From the human T2T-CHM13v2.0 reference genome, Homo sapiens: a stretch of 64,000 nt of DNA. A model generated the notes under the pieces. The model saw only the letters and a list, made by a program, of their open reading frames with translations. It ran no database searches and had not been told where the DNA came from. Numbering within the stretch: the first letter of the stretch is position 1; the number at the start of each line of letters is the position of its first letter. The stretch is taken from the NCBI RefSeq assembly GCF_009914755.1, contig NC_060941.1, one strand, 5' to 3'. This document shows, piece after piece, positions 30,101-43,400 of this stretch. Position numbers and translations under genes: made by a program.

Positions 30101-33100
30101 TGGAATGGAGTCGAATGAAATAGAATTGAATGGAATCACATTGAATGGAATGGAATGGAATGGAATGGAATGGACTCGAATGGAATAGAAACCAATGGCA
30201 TGGATTGGATTGAAATGGAAGGGAATGGAATGGAATCTAATGGAATGGAAAGGAACAGAATGGAATGGAATTGGATGGAATGGAAGGGAATGGAATGGAG
30301 TCGAACGCAATAGAATCAAATGGAATGGCATTGAATGGAATGGAATGGAATGGACTTGAGAGGAATGGACTCTAATGGAATAGAATAGAACGGAATGGCA
30401 TCGAATGGAATGGAACGGAATGGAATCCACCCATACGTAATGGACTCGAATGGAATGGACTCAAATAAAATGGACTCGAAAGGAATGGAATCGAAAGAAT
30501 GGTCTCGAATGTAATTTATTCAAATGGAATGGAATTGAATGGAATGCAATCGTATGGAATGGAATCAGATGGAATGGAATCAAATAGAATAGACCAAAAT
30601 TGAATCGACTCGAATGGAACGGACTCGAATGTAATGGATTGCAATGTAAATGAATTGAATGGAACGGAATAAAATTTTATGTAATCAAATGGAATGGAAT
30701 GGAATTCAATGGAATGGAAAAAAGTGGAATGCAATGGAATGGAACGGAGTGGAACCGAGTGGAATGGAATTGAATGCAATGGAGTGAAAAGGAATGCAAT
30801 GGAATGGAATGGAGTGGAATCGAATGGAATGGAATGGAGTGTAATCGAGTGGAATTTAATCGAATGGAATGGAATTGAATTGAATGGATTGGAATGGAAT
30901 GGACTCCAATGGAATTCACTGGAACAAAATGGATTGGAAAGGATTGGAATCAAACGGAATGGAATGGAATGGAATGGAGTTGAATGGAATGGAGTCGAAT
31001 GGAATGTAACCAAATGGAATGGAATCGAATGGAATCGAAAGTTATAGAATGGAATATAGTGCAATGGCAAAATATCGAATGGAATGGAATGGACACGAAT
31101 GGATTGGACTGGAATGGAATGTACTCGAATGGAATGGACTGGAGTGCAATGGACTCGAAAGGAATGGAAACGAATGGAATGGAATTGAATGGAATGGAGA
31201 GGAATAGCATAGAAAGGAATTGGACGGAACGAAATGCAATGGAATGGAGTCAGATGGAATAGAATCGAATGGAATGGCATTGAATGGAATTGAAAGGAAT
31301 GGGATTGAAAGGAATGGAATTGAGAGGACTCGAATGGAATGGACTCGAATGGAATAGAATAGAATGGAATGACTATGAATGGAATGGAATGGAATGGAAT
31401 GGAACCAAATGTATTGGAATGGAATGGAATGGAATGGATTGGAATCGAATGGAATGGAATGGAATGGAATGGATGCGCATGGAATGGGGTCAAAAGGAAT
31501 GGAATCTAATGGAATGGAATGAAATCGAAAGAATAGAATGGATTGGAGTTTAATGGAAAGATACGGAAAGGAATGGAAGGGAAAGGACTCAAATACAATG
31601 GACTGGAATGGAATGTACTGGATTGGAATGGACTGGAGTAGAATGGACTCGAATGGAAAGGAAACGAATAGAATGGAATGAAAGGGAATGGAATAGAATG
31701 GAATTGAAAGGAAAAAAATACAATGGAATGGAATCAGATGAAAGGGAATGGAAAGGAATGGAGTAGAATGGAATGGAATCGGATGGAACACAATGGAATG
31801 GAATGTAGTCCAATGGAATAGAATCAAATGGAATGACAATGAATGGAATGGAACGGAATGGAATCGAATGTACTCTAATGGAAAATACTCGAATGGAATA
31901 GCATTGAATGGAATGCAATCCAATACAATGGAATGGAATGGAGTGGAATCGACCCAAATGGAATGGAGTGGAATGAAATGGAATGGAATAGAATGGAATG
32001 CAAAAGAATGGAACAGAGTGGAATCGAGTGGAATGGAATCGAATGGAATGAACTGGAATGGAATGGACGCGAATGGATTGGACTAGAACAAAATGGTATC
32101 GAACGGATTTGAATAAAACGGTACAGAATGGAATAGAATAGAATGGAATGGAATCGAATGGAATGGACTGGAGTGGAACAGAATGGAAAGGAATAGAATG
32201 GAATGGAAGTGGATGGAACGCAATGGAATGCAATGGATTCGAATTGTATAGAATTGAATATAATGGCGTTGAGTGGAATGGAATGGACTCAAATGGAATG
32301 GAATCAAATGGAATAGAATCAGATGGAATGGCATGGAATGGCATGGAATGGAATGGACACAAATGTAATGCACTCAAAAGGAATGGACACAAATAGAATG
32401 GACACAAAGGGAATGGTCTCGACAGGAATTTATTCGAATACAATGGAATCAAGTAGAATGCAATATTATGGAATGGAATCGAATGTAATGGAATCGAATG
32501 GAATGGAACGGAATGGAATGTACTGGAATAGAAAGGACTCAAATGTAATGCACTGCAATGTCATAGATTTGAATGGAATGGAATCGAATGGAATGTAATT
32601 AAATGGAATGGAACGGAAAGCAGTGAAATGGAATCGAATAGAATGCAATGGAATGGAATAGAGTGGAATCAAGTGGAATGGAATCGAATGGAATGGAGTT
32701 GAGTGGAATGGAATCGATTGGAATATACTAGAATGGAATGGACTCGAATGGAATGGAATTGAACAAAATGGAATCGAACGGATTGGAATCGAATGGAACG
32801 GAATGGAATGGAATGGAAAGGAATGACCTCGAAAGTAATTGAGTCAAACAGAATGGAATCGAAAGGAGTGGAAACGAATAGAATGGAATTGAATGGAATC
32901 GAAGGGAACAGAATGGAATGGAGTGTAATGGAAAGATATCAAATGGAGAGGAATGAATGGACTCGAATGGAATGGACTGGAAAGGAATGGAATGCAATGG
33001 AAAGCAATAGAATGGAATGGAAACGGATGGAAAGAAATGGAATGGAATGGAGTCAAATGGAAAAAATTGAATGGAATGGCATCGAATGGAATGCAATGGA

Positions 33101-34840
33101 ATGGAATGGAATCGAAAAGAATGGAAACGAACGGAATGGATTGGAATGGAATGGAATGGAAAGGAATGGAATGACCTCGAATGGAATGAAATGGAATCAA
33201 ACGGAATGGACTCGAATAGAATGGACTGGAACAAAATGGAATCGAACGGATTTGAACAAATGGAATGGAATGAAATGGACTCGAATGGAATGAAGTCTAA
33301 TGGAATGGAACGGAATGTAATGGAATCCCATGGAATGGAATTGAATGCAATTGAAAGGAATTGAATATAATGGAATGTAATTGAAAGATATCAAATGGAA
33401 TGGAATGGGATTGACTCGAATAAATCGGAGTGGAATGGGATGGACTCGAATGGAAAGGACTGGAGTGGTATGGATTGAATGGAATGGAAACTAATGGAAT
33501 GGAAACCATTTGAATAGAATGGAAGGAAATAGAAAGGAATAGAATGGAATGGAATCTGATGGATCAGAATGGAATGGAACGGAGTCGAATGGAATGGAAT
33601 GGAATCGAATGGAAATGGAATAGAATGGAATGGAATGGAAAGGACTCAAATGGAATGGACTCGAATGGAATAGAATAGTATGGAATGACTTCGAATGGAA
33701 TGGAATGGAATGAAATGTAATGGACTTGAATAGAGTGAACTCAAATAGAATGCAATCCAAAGGAATGGTCTCGAATGGAGTTTATTCGAATAGAATGGAA
33801 TCGAATGGAATGCAATAGTATGGAATGGAATCGAATGGAATCGAATCAAATGGAATGGAGTGGAATGGAATGGACTAGATTACAACGGACTGAAATATAA
33901 TGGATTCCAATTTAAATGGCTTGAATGGAATGGAATCAAGTGGAATGTAATCAAATGGAATGGAATACAATGAAATGGAATGGAGTGAAATGCAGTGGAA
34001 TGGAACTGAGTGGAATTGAGTGGAATGGAATCGAATGGAATGGAATTGTATGGAATGGAATTGAATGGAATGCACTGGTATGGAATGGAATAGAATGGAA
34101 TGGACAGGTACAAAATGGAATAGAATGGATTGGAATCGAACAGAATGGAATGGAATGGAATGGAATGGAATGAACTCACATGGCATGGAGCCAAATGGAA
34201 TGGAATCAAATGACATGGAATTGAATGGAATCGAAAGAATTGAATGGATTGGAGTATAATGTAAAGATACAGAATGGAATGGAATAGAAAGGAATGGACT
34301 CGAAGGCAATGGATAGGAATGGAATGGAGTAGAATGGAATGGACTGCAGTGCAATGGACTCGAATGGAATCAAAAAGAATGGAATGGAATGGAACAGAAA
34401 GGAATGCAGTGGAATGGAATCAGATGGAACGGAATGGAATGGAATGGAGTCGAATGGAATAGAATCGAATGGAATGGGAATGAATGGAATGGAATGGAAT
34501 GCAATGGAATGGAATGGACTGTAATGGAATGTATTCGGATGGAATAGCATTGAATGGAATGGCATTGAATGAAATGGAATGGAATCGAATCGAATGAAGT
34601 TGAATGGAATGGAATCGAAAGGAATGGAATGGAATTGAATGGACATGAAAGTAATGGATTGCAATGTAATTGATTCGAATGGAATGGAATCAAAGGTAAT
34701 GAAACCAAATGAAATGGAAAGAAATGCAATGGAATGGAAGAGAATGGAATGCAATGGACTGGAACGGACTGGAATCGAGTGGAATGCAATTGAATGGAAT
34801 GGAATCGAATGAAATGGAGTGGAATGGAATGGACTCGAAT

Positions 34841-34855
34841 GGAATGTTCTGGAAC
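34841..34855. promoter_or_regulatory. Perfect three-unit heat shock element consensus; sequence match only
   Basis: GGAAT-GTTCT-GGAAC. Function not demonstrated. Confidence 0.3.
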
Positions 34856-37800
34856 AAAATGGAATCAAACGGATTGGAATTGAACGGAACAGAATGGAAC
34901 CGAATGGAATGGAATAGACCCAAATGTAATGGATTCGAATGGAATGAAATCAAATAGAATGGACTCAAAAGGAATTGTCTCGAACGGAATTTAGTCGAAT
35001 AGAATGGAATTGAATGGAATGCAATAGCATGGAATGGAATCGAATGCAATAGAATCAAATGGAACGGACTGGAATGGAATCAACTAGAATTCCTTGGACA
35101 GGAACAAAATTGAACGGAAAGGATTGGAATCGAACGGAGGAGAATGGAAAGGAATGGAAAGGAATTGATTCGAAAGAAATGGAACTGCATGGAATGCAAT
35201 CAAACGGAATGGAATTGAATTGAATCGAAAGGAAAAGAATGGAAAGGAGTGAAAAGGAAAGATACGGAATGGAATGGAAGGGAATGGAATGGATTCGAAT
35301 GTAATGTAATGGAATGGAATGGACTCGAATGGAATGGAGTCAAATGGAAAGAAACCGAATGGAATGGAATCGAATGGATTGGATTTGAAAGGAAACGAAA
35401 GGAATTGAATGGAATGGAATGGAAAGGAAAGATATTGAATGCAATGGAATGGAAAGGAAAGGACTCGAATGGAATGGACTGGAATGGAAGGGAGTTGAAA
35501 GGAATGGACTGGAGCTGAATGGACTCGAATGGAATGGAAAACAATGGAATAGAATGGAATGGAATGGAAAGGAATACAATGGAATGGAATCGGATGGAAG
35601 TGAATGGAATGGAATGGACTCCAATGGAATAGAATCGAATGGAATGGCATCGAATGGAATGAAATGGAATGGAATAGAATGGAATGGAATGGACCCAAAT
35701 GTAATGGAATCGAATGGAATGGACTCAAATAGAATGGACTCAAAGGGAATGGTCTCGAATGGAATTTATTCGAATAGAATGGAATCGAATGGAATGCAAT
35801 AGTATCGAATGGAATCGAAAGGAATGGAATCGTATGGAATGGACTGGAATGGAATCGACAGGAAAAGAACGGATACAAATGTAATGGATGGCAATGTAAT
35901 TGATTAGAATGGAATGGAATCAAATGGAATTTAATCAAATGGAATGGAAAGGAATGCAAAGGAATGCAATAGAATCAAATGCAATGGATTGGAAAGGAGT
36001 GGAATCGAGTGGAATGGAATTGAATGGAATGCAATCGAATGGAATGGACTGGAATGGAATGGACTCGAAGGGAATGGACTGTAAGAAAATGGATCCGAAC
36101 GGAATGGAAGGAATGGAATGGATTCGAATGGAATGGTGTAGAATGGAATGGAAACGATTGGAAAGGAATCGAATGGAATTGAATTGAATGGAATCGAAAG
36201 GCATAGAATGGAATGGAGTGTAATGGAAAGATATCGAATGGAATGGAATGGAATGGACTCGAATGGAATGGACTGGAATGGAGTGGACTCGAATGGAAAG
36301 GAGTGGAGTGGAATGGACACGAATGGATTAGAAACGAATAGAATGGAATGGAAGGCAAAGGAATAGAATGGAATGGAATCGGATGGAACGTTAAGGAATT
36401 GAATGAAGTTGAATGGAACAGAATCGATTGGAATGGAATTGAATGGAATTGAATGGAATGGAATGGAATCGAATGGAATGGACATGAATGGAATAGAATG
36501 AAATGCAATGGCATGGGATGGAATGGAATGGAATGGAATTGAATGGAATGGAATGGAATCGAATGGAATAGACTCAAAAAAAGGGACTCAAATACAATGG
36601 ATTCGAAAGGAATGGTCTCGAATGTAATTTATTTGAATAGAACTTTATTGACTAGAATGCAATAGTATGGAATTGTGTCGAATGGAATGGAATGGAATGG
36701 AATGGAATGGAATGGAGTGGAATAGAACGGACCCAAATGTAATGGATTGCAATGTAATTGATTCAAATGGAATGGAATTGAATGGAATGTAATCACATGG
36801 AATGAAATGGATAGCAACGGAATGGAGTAGAATGGAATGCAATGGAATGGATCGGAGAGGAATCGAGTGGAATGGAATAAAACGGAATGGAATCGAATGG
36901 AATGGACATGAATGGAATAGACTCGAATGGAATGGACTCTAAACGTATGGTCTCGAATGGAATTTATTCGAATAGAATGGAATCGAATGGAATGCAATAG
37001 TATGGAATTGAATCGAATGGAATGGAATCGAATGGAATGGACTGGAAGGGAATGGACTGGAATAGAATGGACATGAACGTAATGGATTGCAAAGTATTCG
37101 ATTCAAATTGAATGCAATCGAATGGAATGTAATCTAATCAAATGGAATGGAATGCAATGGAAAGGAATAAAATGGAATGCAATGGAATGGAACAGAGTGG
37201 ACTCGAGTGTAATGGAATGGAACGGAATGGAGTCGAGTGGAATGGAATCGAATGGAATGGAATTGAATGGAATCGAATGGAGTAGTATGGAATGGAGTGT
37301 AATGCGGAGATATTGAATGGAATGGAACGGAATGGAATGGAATGGAATGGACACGAATGGAATGGACAGGAATGGAGTGTATTGAATGAAATGGACTGGA
37401 GTGGAATGGACATGAATGGAATGCAAACTAATGGAATGGAATTGTATGGAAGGAAAGGAATGGAATGTTACAGAAAGGGATAGAATGGAATGGAATCGGA
37501 TGGAACGGAATGTAATGGAAAGGCATCAAATGTAATAGAATCGAATGGAATGACATCGAATGGAATGGAATGGAAAGGAATGGAATGGAATGGAATGGAC
37601 TCGAATGGAATGGAATGGAATGGAATGGACTCGAATGGAATGGACTCGAATGGAATAGAATAGAAGGGAAAGGAAACGAATGGAATGGAATGGACCCAAA
37701 TATAATGGACTCGAATGGAGTGGAATATAATAGAAAGCACTCGAAAAGAATGGTCTCGAATGGCATTTATTCGAATAGAATGGAATCGAATGTAACGCAA

Positions 37801-40419
37801 TAGTATGGAGTGGAATCGAATGGAAAGGAGTATAAAGGAATGGACCGGAATGGAATCGACTGGAATAGAATGGACTCAAATGTAATGGAGTGCAATGTAA
37901 TTGATTCGAATGGAATGGAATCCAATGGAATGTAATCAAATGGAATGGAATGGAATGCAATGGAATGGAATAGAATGGAATGCAATGGAATGGAACGGAG
38001 TGGAATCAAGTGGAAAGGAATCGAATGGAATGGACAGAATGGAATGTATTCGAATGGAATGGACTGGAACAAAATGGAAAAGAACAGTTTGGAATAGAAT
38101 GGAATTGAATGGAATGGAATGGAGTGTACTCGAAAGGAATGGGTTTGAATGGAATGGAATTGAATGGAATAAAAAGGAATAGAATGGAATGGAGTTTAAT
38201 GGAAAGATATTGAATGGAATGGAACGGAATGGAGTGGATTCGAATGGAATGGTATGGAGTGTAGTAAAAAGATATCGAATGGAATGGAATGGAATGGAAT
38301 GGAGAGGACTCGAATGGAATGGAATGGAATGGAATGGAGAGGACTCGAATGGAATGGAATGGAATGGAATTGACTCGAATGGAGTGGACTGGAGTGGAAT
38401 TGACTAGAATATAATGGACAAGAATGGAATGGAATGGAATGGAAACGAATGGAATTGAATGGAATGAAATGGAAAGGAATAGAATAGAATGGAATCGGAT
38501 GGAGTCGAATGGAATAGAATCGAATGGTATGGCACCAAACGGAATGGAATGGATTGGAAAGGAATGGAATCGAATGGAATGGAATTGAATGGAATAGAAT
38601 CGAATGGAATGGAATTCAATGGAATAGAATTGAATGGAATGGAATGGACCCAATTGTAATGGACTCGAATGGAATGGACTCATAAAGAATGGAGTAGAAA
38701 GAAGTGGTATCAAATGGAATTTATTCGAATAGAATGGAATCAAATGGAAAGCAGTAGTATGGAATGGAATCGAAAGCAATGGACCGGAATGGAATGGAAT
38801 GGAATAAAACGGACTGGAATGCAATGGATTGCAATGTAATTGATTCGAAAGGAATGGAATCGAAAGGAACGTATTCAATAGTATGGAATTGAATGCAATA
38901 GAATGGAACAGAATGGAATGCAAAGGAATGGAATGGAGTGGAACCAAGTGGAATGGAATTAGATGGAATGGAATTGAATAGAATGCAATGGAATGGACTG
39001 GAACAAAATGAAATGGAACCGATTGGAATCGAAAAGAATGGAATGGAATGGAATGGAATGGAATGGAATGGATTCGAATGGAATGGAGACGAATGGAATG
39101 GAACTGAATGGATTGGAATCGAATGGAATGGAATTGAAAGGAATCGAAAGGAATAGAATGGTATGGAGTGTAATGGAAAGATATCAAATGGAATGGAATG
39201 GAATGGAATGGAATGGAATGGAATGGAATGGACTCGAATGGAATGGAATGGAATGGAATAGAATGGACTCAAATAGAATGGAATGGAATGGACTCAAATG
39301 AAATGTACTGGAGCGGAATTGACATGAATGGAATGGAAAAGAATGGAATGGAATGGAATGGAATGGAAGAGAATGGAATAGAATTGGATAGAACGGAATG
39401 GAATTTAATGAAGTCAAATGGAATACAGTCTAATGGAATGGCATCGAATGGATTAGAATGGAATGGAATGGATTCGAATGGAATGGACTCGAATGGAATA
39501 TAGTCAGATGGAATGGCATTGAATGGAATGGAATGGAATGGAATGGAACGGAATGGTCCAAAAGTAATGGAAATCGAATGGAATGGGCTCAAATAGAATG
39601 GACTCAAAAGGAATGATCTCGAATGTAATTTATTCGAATAGAATGTAATCGAAAGTAATGCAATAGTATGGAATGGATTTAAATGGAATGGAGTCGAATG
39701 GAATATACCGGAACAGAATGGACTGGAATACAACAGAATAGAATGTAATGGATTATAATGTAATTGATTCGACAAGAATGGAATAGAACAGAATGTAATC
39801 AAATGGAATGGAATGGAATAGAATGGAATCCAATGGAATGGAACGTAATGGAATCGATTGGAATAGAATGGAATGGAATGGAATGGAATGGAATGGAATG
39901 GAGTAGAATGGAATGGACTCGAATTCAGTGGACTGGAATAAAATGGAATCAAACGGATTGGAATCTAATGGAACGGAATAGAATGGAATGGAATTGACAC
40001 GAATAGAATGGAGTCGAATGGAATGGAAATGAATGGAATGGAATCAAAAGGAATAGAATGCAATGGAGTGTAATGGAGAGATATCGAGTGGAATAGAACA
40101 GAATGGAATGGACTCGAAAGGAATTGACTTGAATGGAATGGCCTCGAATGGAATGGATTCGAATGTAATGAACTGGAGTGGAATTGATTTGAATGGAATG
40201 GAAACGAATGCAATGGAATGGAAAGGATAGGAATGGAATGAAATGGAAAAGAATAGAATGGAATGGAATCAGTTGGAATGGAATGCAATGGAATGGGATC
40301 GAACGGAATAGAATCGAATGGAATCGCATGGAATGGAAGGGAATAGAAAGAAATGGAATGTAATGGACCCAAATGTAATGGACTCGAATGGAATGGACTC
40401 AAATAGAATGTACTCGAAA

Positions 40420-40434
40420 GGAATGTTCTCGAAT
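40420..40434. promoter_or_regulatory. Perfect three-unit heat shock element consensus; sequence match only
   Basis: GGAAT-GTTCT-CGAAT. Function not demonstrated. Confidence 0.35.
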
Positions 40435-43400
40435 TGAATTTATTAGAATAGAATGGAATCGAATGGAATGCAATAATATGGAATGGAATCGAATCGAATG
40501 GAATCAAATGGAAAGTAGCGGGATGGAATGGACTGGTACAAATTGGAATCAAACAGATTGGAATCGAATGGAAAGGAGTGGAATGGAATGGAATGAACTC
40601 GAATGGAATGTAGTTGAACGGAATGGAATTGAATGGAATGGTATCAAATGGAATCGAATTGAATGGAATCGAAAGGAATAGAATGGAATGGAGTGTAACA
40701 GAAAGATATAAAATGGAATTGAATGGAATGGACTCGAATGGAATGTACTGGAACAAAATGGAATCGAATGGATTGGAATCGCACGGACCCGAGTGTAATG
40801 GAATGGATTGGAATGGACTCGAATGGAATGGAGTCGAATGGAATAGAATCGAATGGAATGGAATTGAATGGAATCCTAAAGAACAGAATGAAATGGAGTG
40901 TAATGGAAAGATATCGAATGGAATGGAATTGGATGGAATGCCTTCGAATGGAATGGACTGGAAGGGAATGGACTCGAATGGAATGGACTTGAGTGGAATG
41001 GACTCGAATGGAATGGAAACGAATGGAATGGAATGGCATGGAATGGAATGGAATGGAAAGGAATGGAAAGGAATAGAAGGGAATGGAATCGGATGGAATG
41101 GAATGAAATGGAATGGAGTTGAATGGAATAGAATCGAATGGAATTGCATCAAATGGATTGGAATGGAGTGGAATGGAATGGAATGGACTCGAATGCAGTG
41201 GACTCGAATGGCATAGAATCTAATGCAATGGCATCGAATGGAATGGCATGGAATGGAACAGAATTGAATGGAATGGTCTCAAATGTAATGGACTCGAATA
41301 GAATGGCCTCAAAAGAAATGATCTGAAAAGGAATCCGTATGAATAGAATGGAATCGAATGGAATGCAGTAATATGGAATGCAATCAAATGGAATCAAATA
41401 GAATGGAATGATCCGGAATGGATGTACTGGAATAGAACAGAGTCAAATGTAATGGATTGCAATGTAATTGATTCGAATGGAATGGAATCAAATGGAATGG
41501 AATCGAATGAAATGGACCGGAATGGAATGGATTTGAATAGAAGGGACTCAAGTGTAATGGATTGCAATGTAATTGATTCGAATGGAATGGAATCGAATGG
41601 AATTTAATCAAATGGAATGGAATGGAATGCAATGGACTAGAATAGAATGGAATGCAATGGAATGGAACAGAGTGGAATTGAGTGGAATGGAATTAAATAT
41701 AATGGAAGCTAATGGAATGGAAGCCAATGAAATGGACAGGAATGGAATGGAGTCGAATGGAATGTACTGTAACAAAATGAAATCGAACGGATTGGAATCA
41801 AACGTAATGGAATGGAATGGAATCGAAACGAATGCAATGGAGTCGAATGGAATCGAATCGAAAGTAATGGAATCTAACAGAATGGAATTGAATGGAAGCG
41901 AAAGAATAGAATGGAATGGAGTGTAATAGAAAGATATTGAATGGAATGGAAATGGAATGCAGTCGAAATGAATGGACTAGAATGGAATGGATTCGAATGG
42001 AAAGGACAGGAGTGGAAATGTGTTGAATGGAATGGAAACGAATGGAATTGAATGGAATGCAATGGAATGGAATGGAACGAAAAAGAATGGAAAGGAATCG
42101 GAGGGAATGCAATGGACGGGAATGAAGTTGAATGGAATAGAATAGAATGGAATGGCATCGAATGGAATGGAATGGAAATGACTCAAAAAGAATGGACTCG
42201 AATTGAATAGAATGGAATGGAAAGGAATGGAATTGAATGGAATGGACCCAAATGTAATGGACTCGAATGGAATGGACTCAAATAGGATGGACTCGAAAGA
42301 AATAGTCTCGAATGGAATTTATTCGAATAGAATGGAATCGAAAGGAATGCAATATTATTGAACAGAATCGAAAAGAATGGAATCAAATGGAATGGAACAG
42401 AGTGGAATGGACTGCAATAAAATGAACTCGAATGCAGTTTGTTGCAATGTAATTGATTCGAATGGAAACAAACGAATGGAATGGAATAGAATGGAATGGA
42501 CCAGAATAGAATGGACTGGAATAGAAAGGACTCGAATGTAATGGATTGCAATGTAATTGATTCGAATGGAATGGAATCAAATGGAATGGAATCGAATGGA
42601 ATGGACTGGAATGGAAATGAGTGGAATAGAAAGGACACGAATGGAATGGATTGCAATGAAATTGATTCGAATGGAATGGAATCAAATGAAATGTAATACA
42701 ACGGAACGGAAAGGAAGGCAATGGAATTGAATAGAATGGAATGCAATGGAATGGAATGGAGGGGAATGGAGTGGAATGGAATCGAATGAAATGGAATCTA
42801 ATGGAATGGAATCCAATGGAATGGACTGTAATGGAGTGGAATCGGATGGAATGGACTGGAATAAAAAGGAATTGTACAGATTGGAATCAAATGGAATGGA
42901 ATGGAATGGAATGGACTCGAACAGAATGGAGTCGAATGAAATGGAGTCGAATGGAACGGAATCAAATGGAATGGAAATGAATGGAAACGAAAGGAATAGA
43001 CTGGAATGGAGTGTAATGGAAATGTGTCGAATGGAATGGAATGGAATGGGCTCGAATGGAATATAATCAAATGGAATGGACTCATATGGAATGGGCTGGA
43101 ATGGAATGGAATGGGATGGAATGGAAAGGAATGGACTGGAATGGAATGGACTCGAGTCGAATGGACTCGAATGGAATGGAAACGAATGGAATGGAATGGA
43201 AAGGAATAGAATGGAATGGAATCAGATGGAAAGGAGTGGAATGGAATGGACTTTAATGGAATGGAATGACATCGAATGGAATGGAATGGAATTTACTGGA
43301 ATGAACTCGAATGGAATAGAATCGTATGGAATGGCATCGAATGGAAAGGAATGGAATGGAATGGACCCAAATATAAAGGGCTCTAAGGGAATGGACTGAA

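Noticed and set aside
35084-35100. GAATTCCTTGGAC containing the reverse pentamer ATTCC
   Set aside because: The reverse-strand match is too short to call an inversion.
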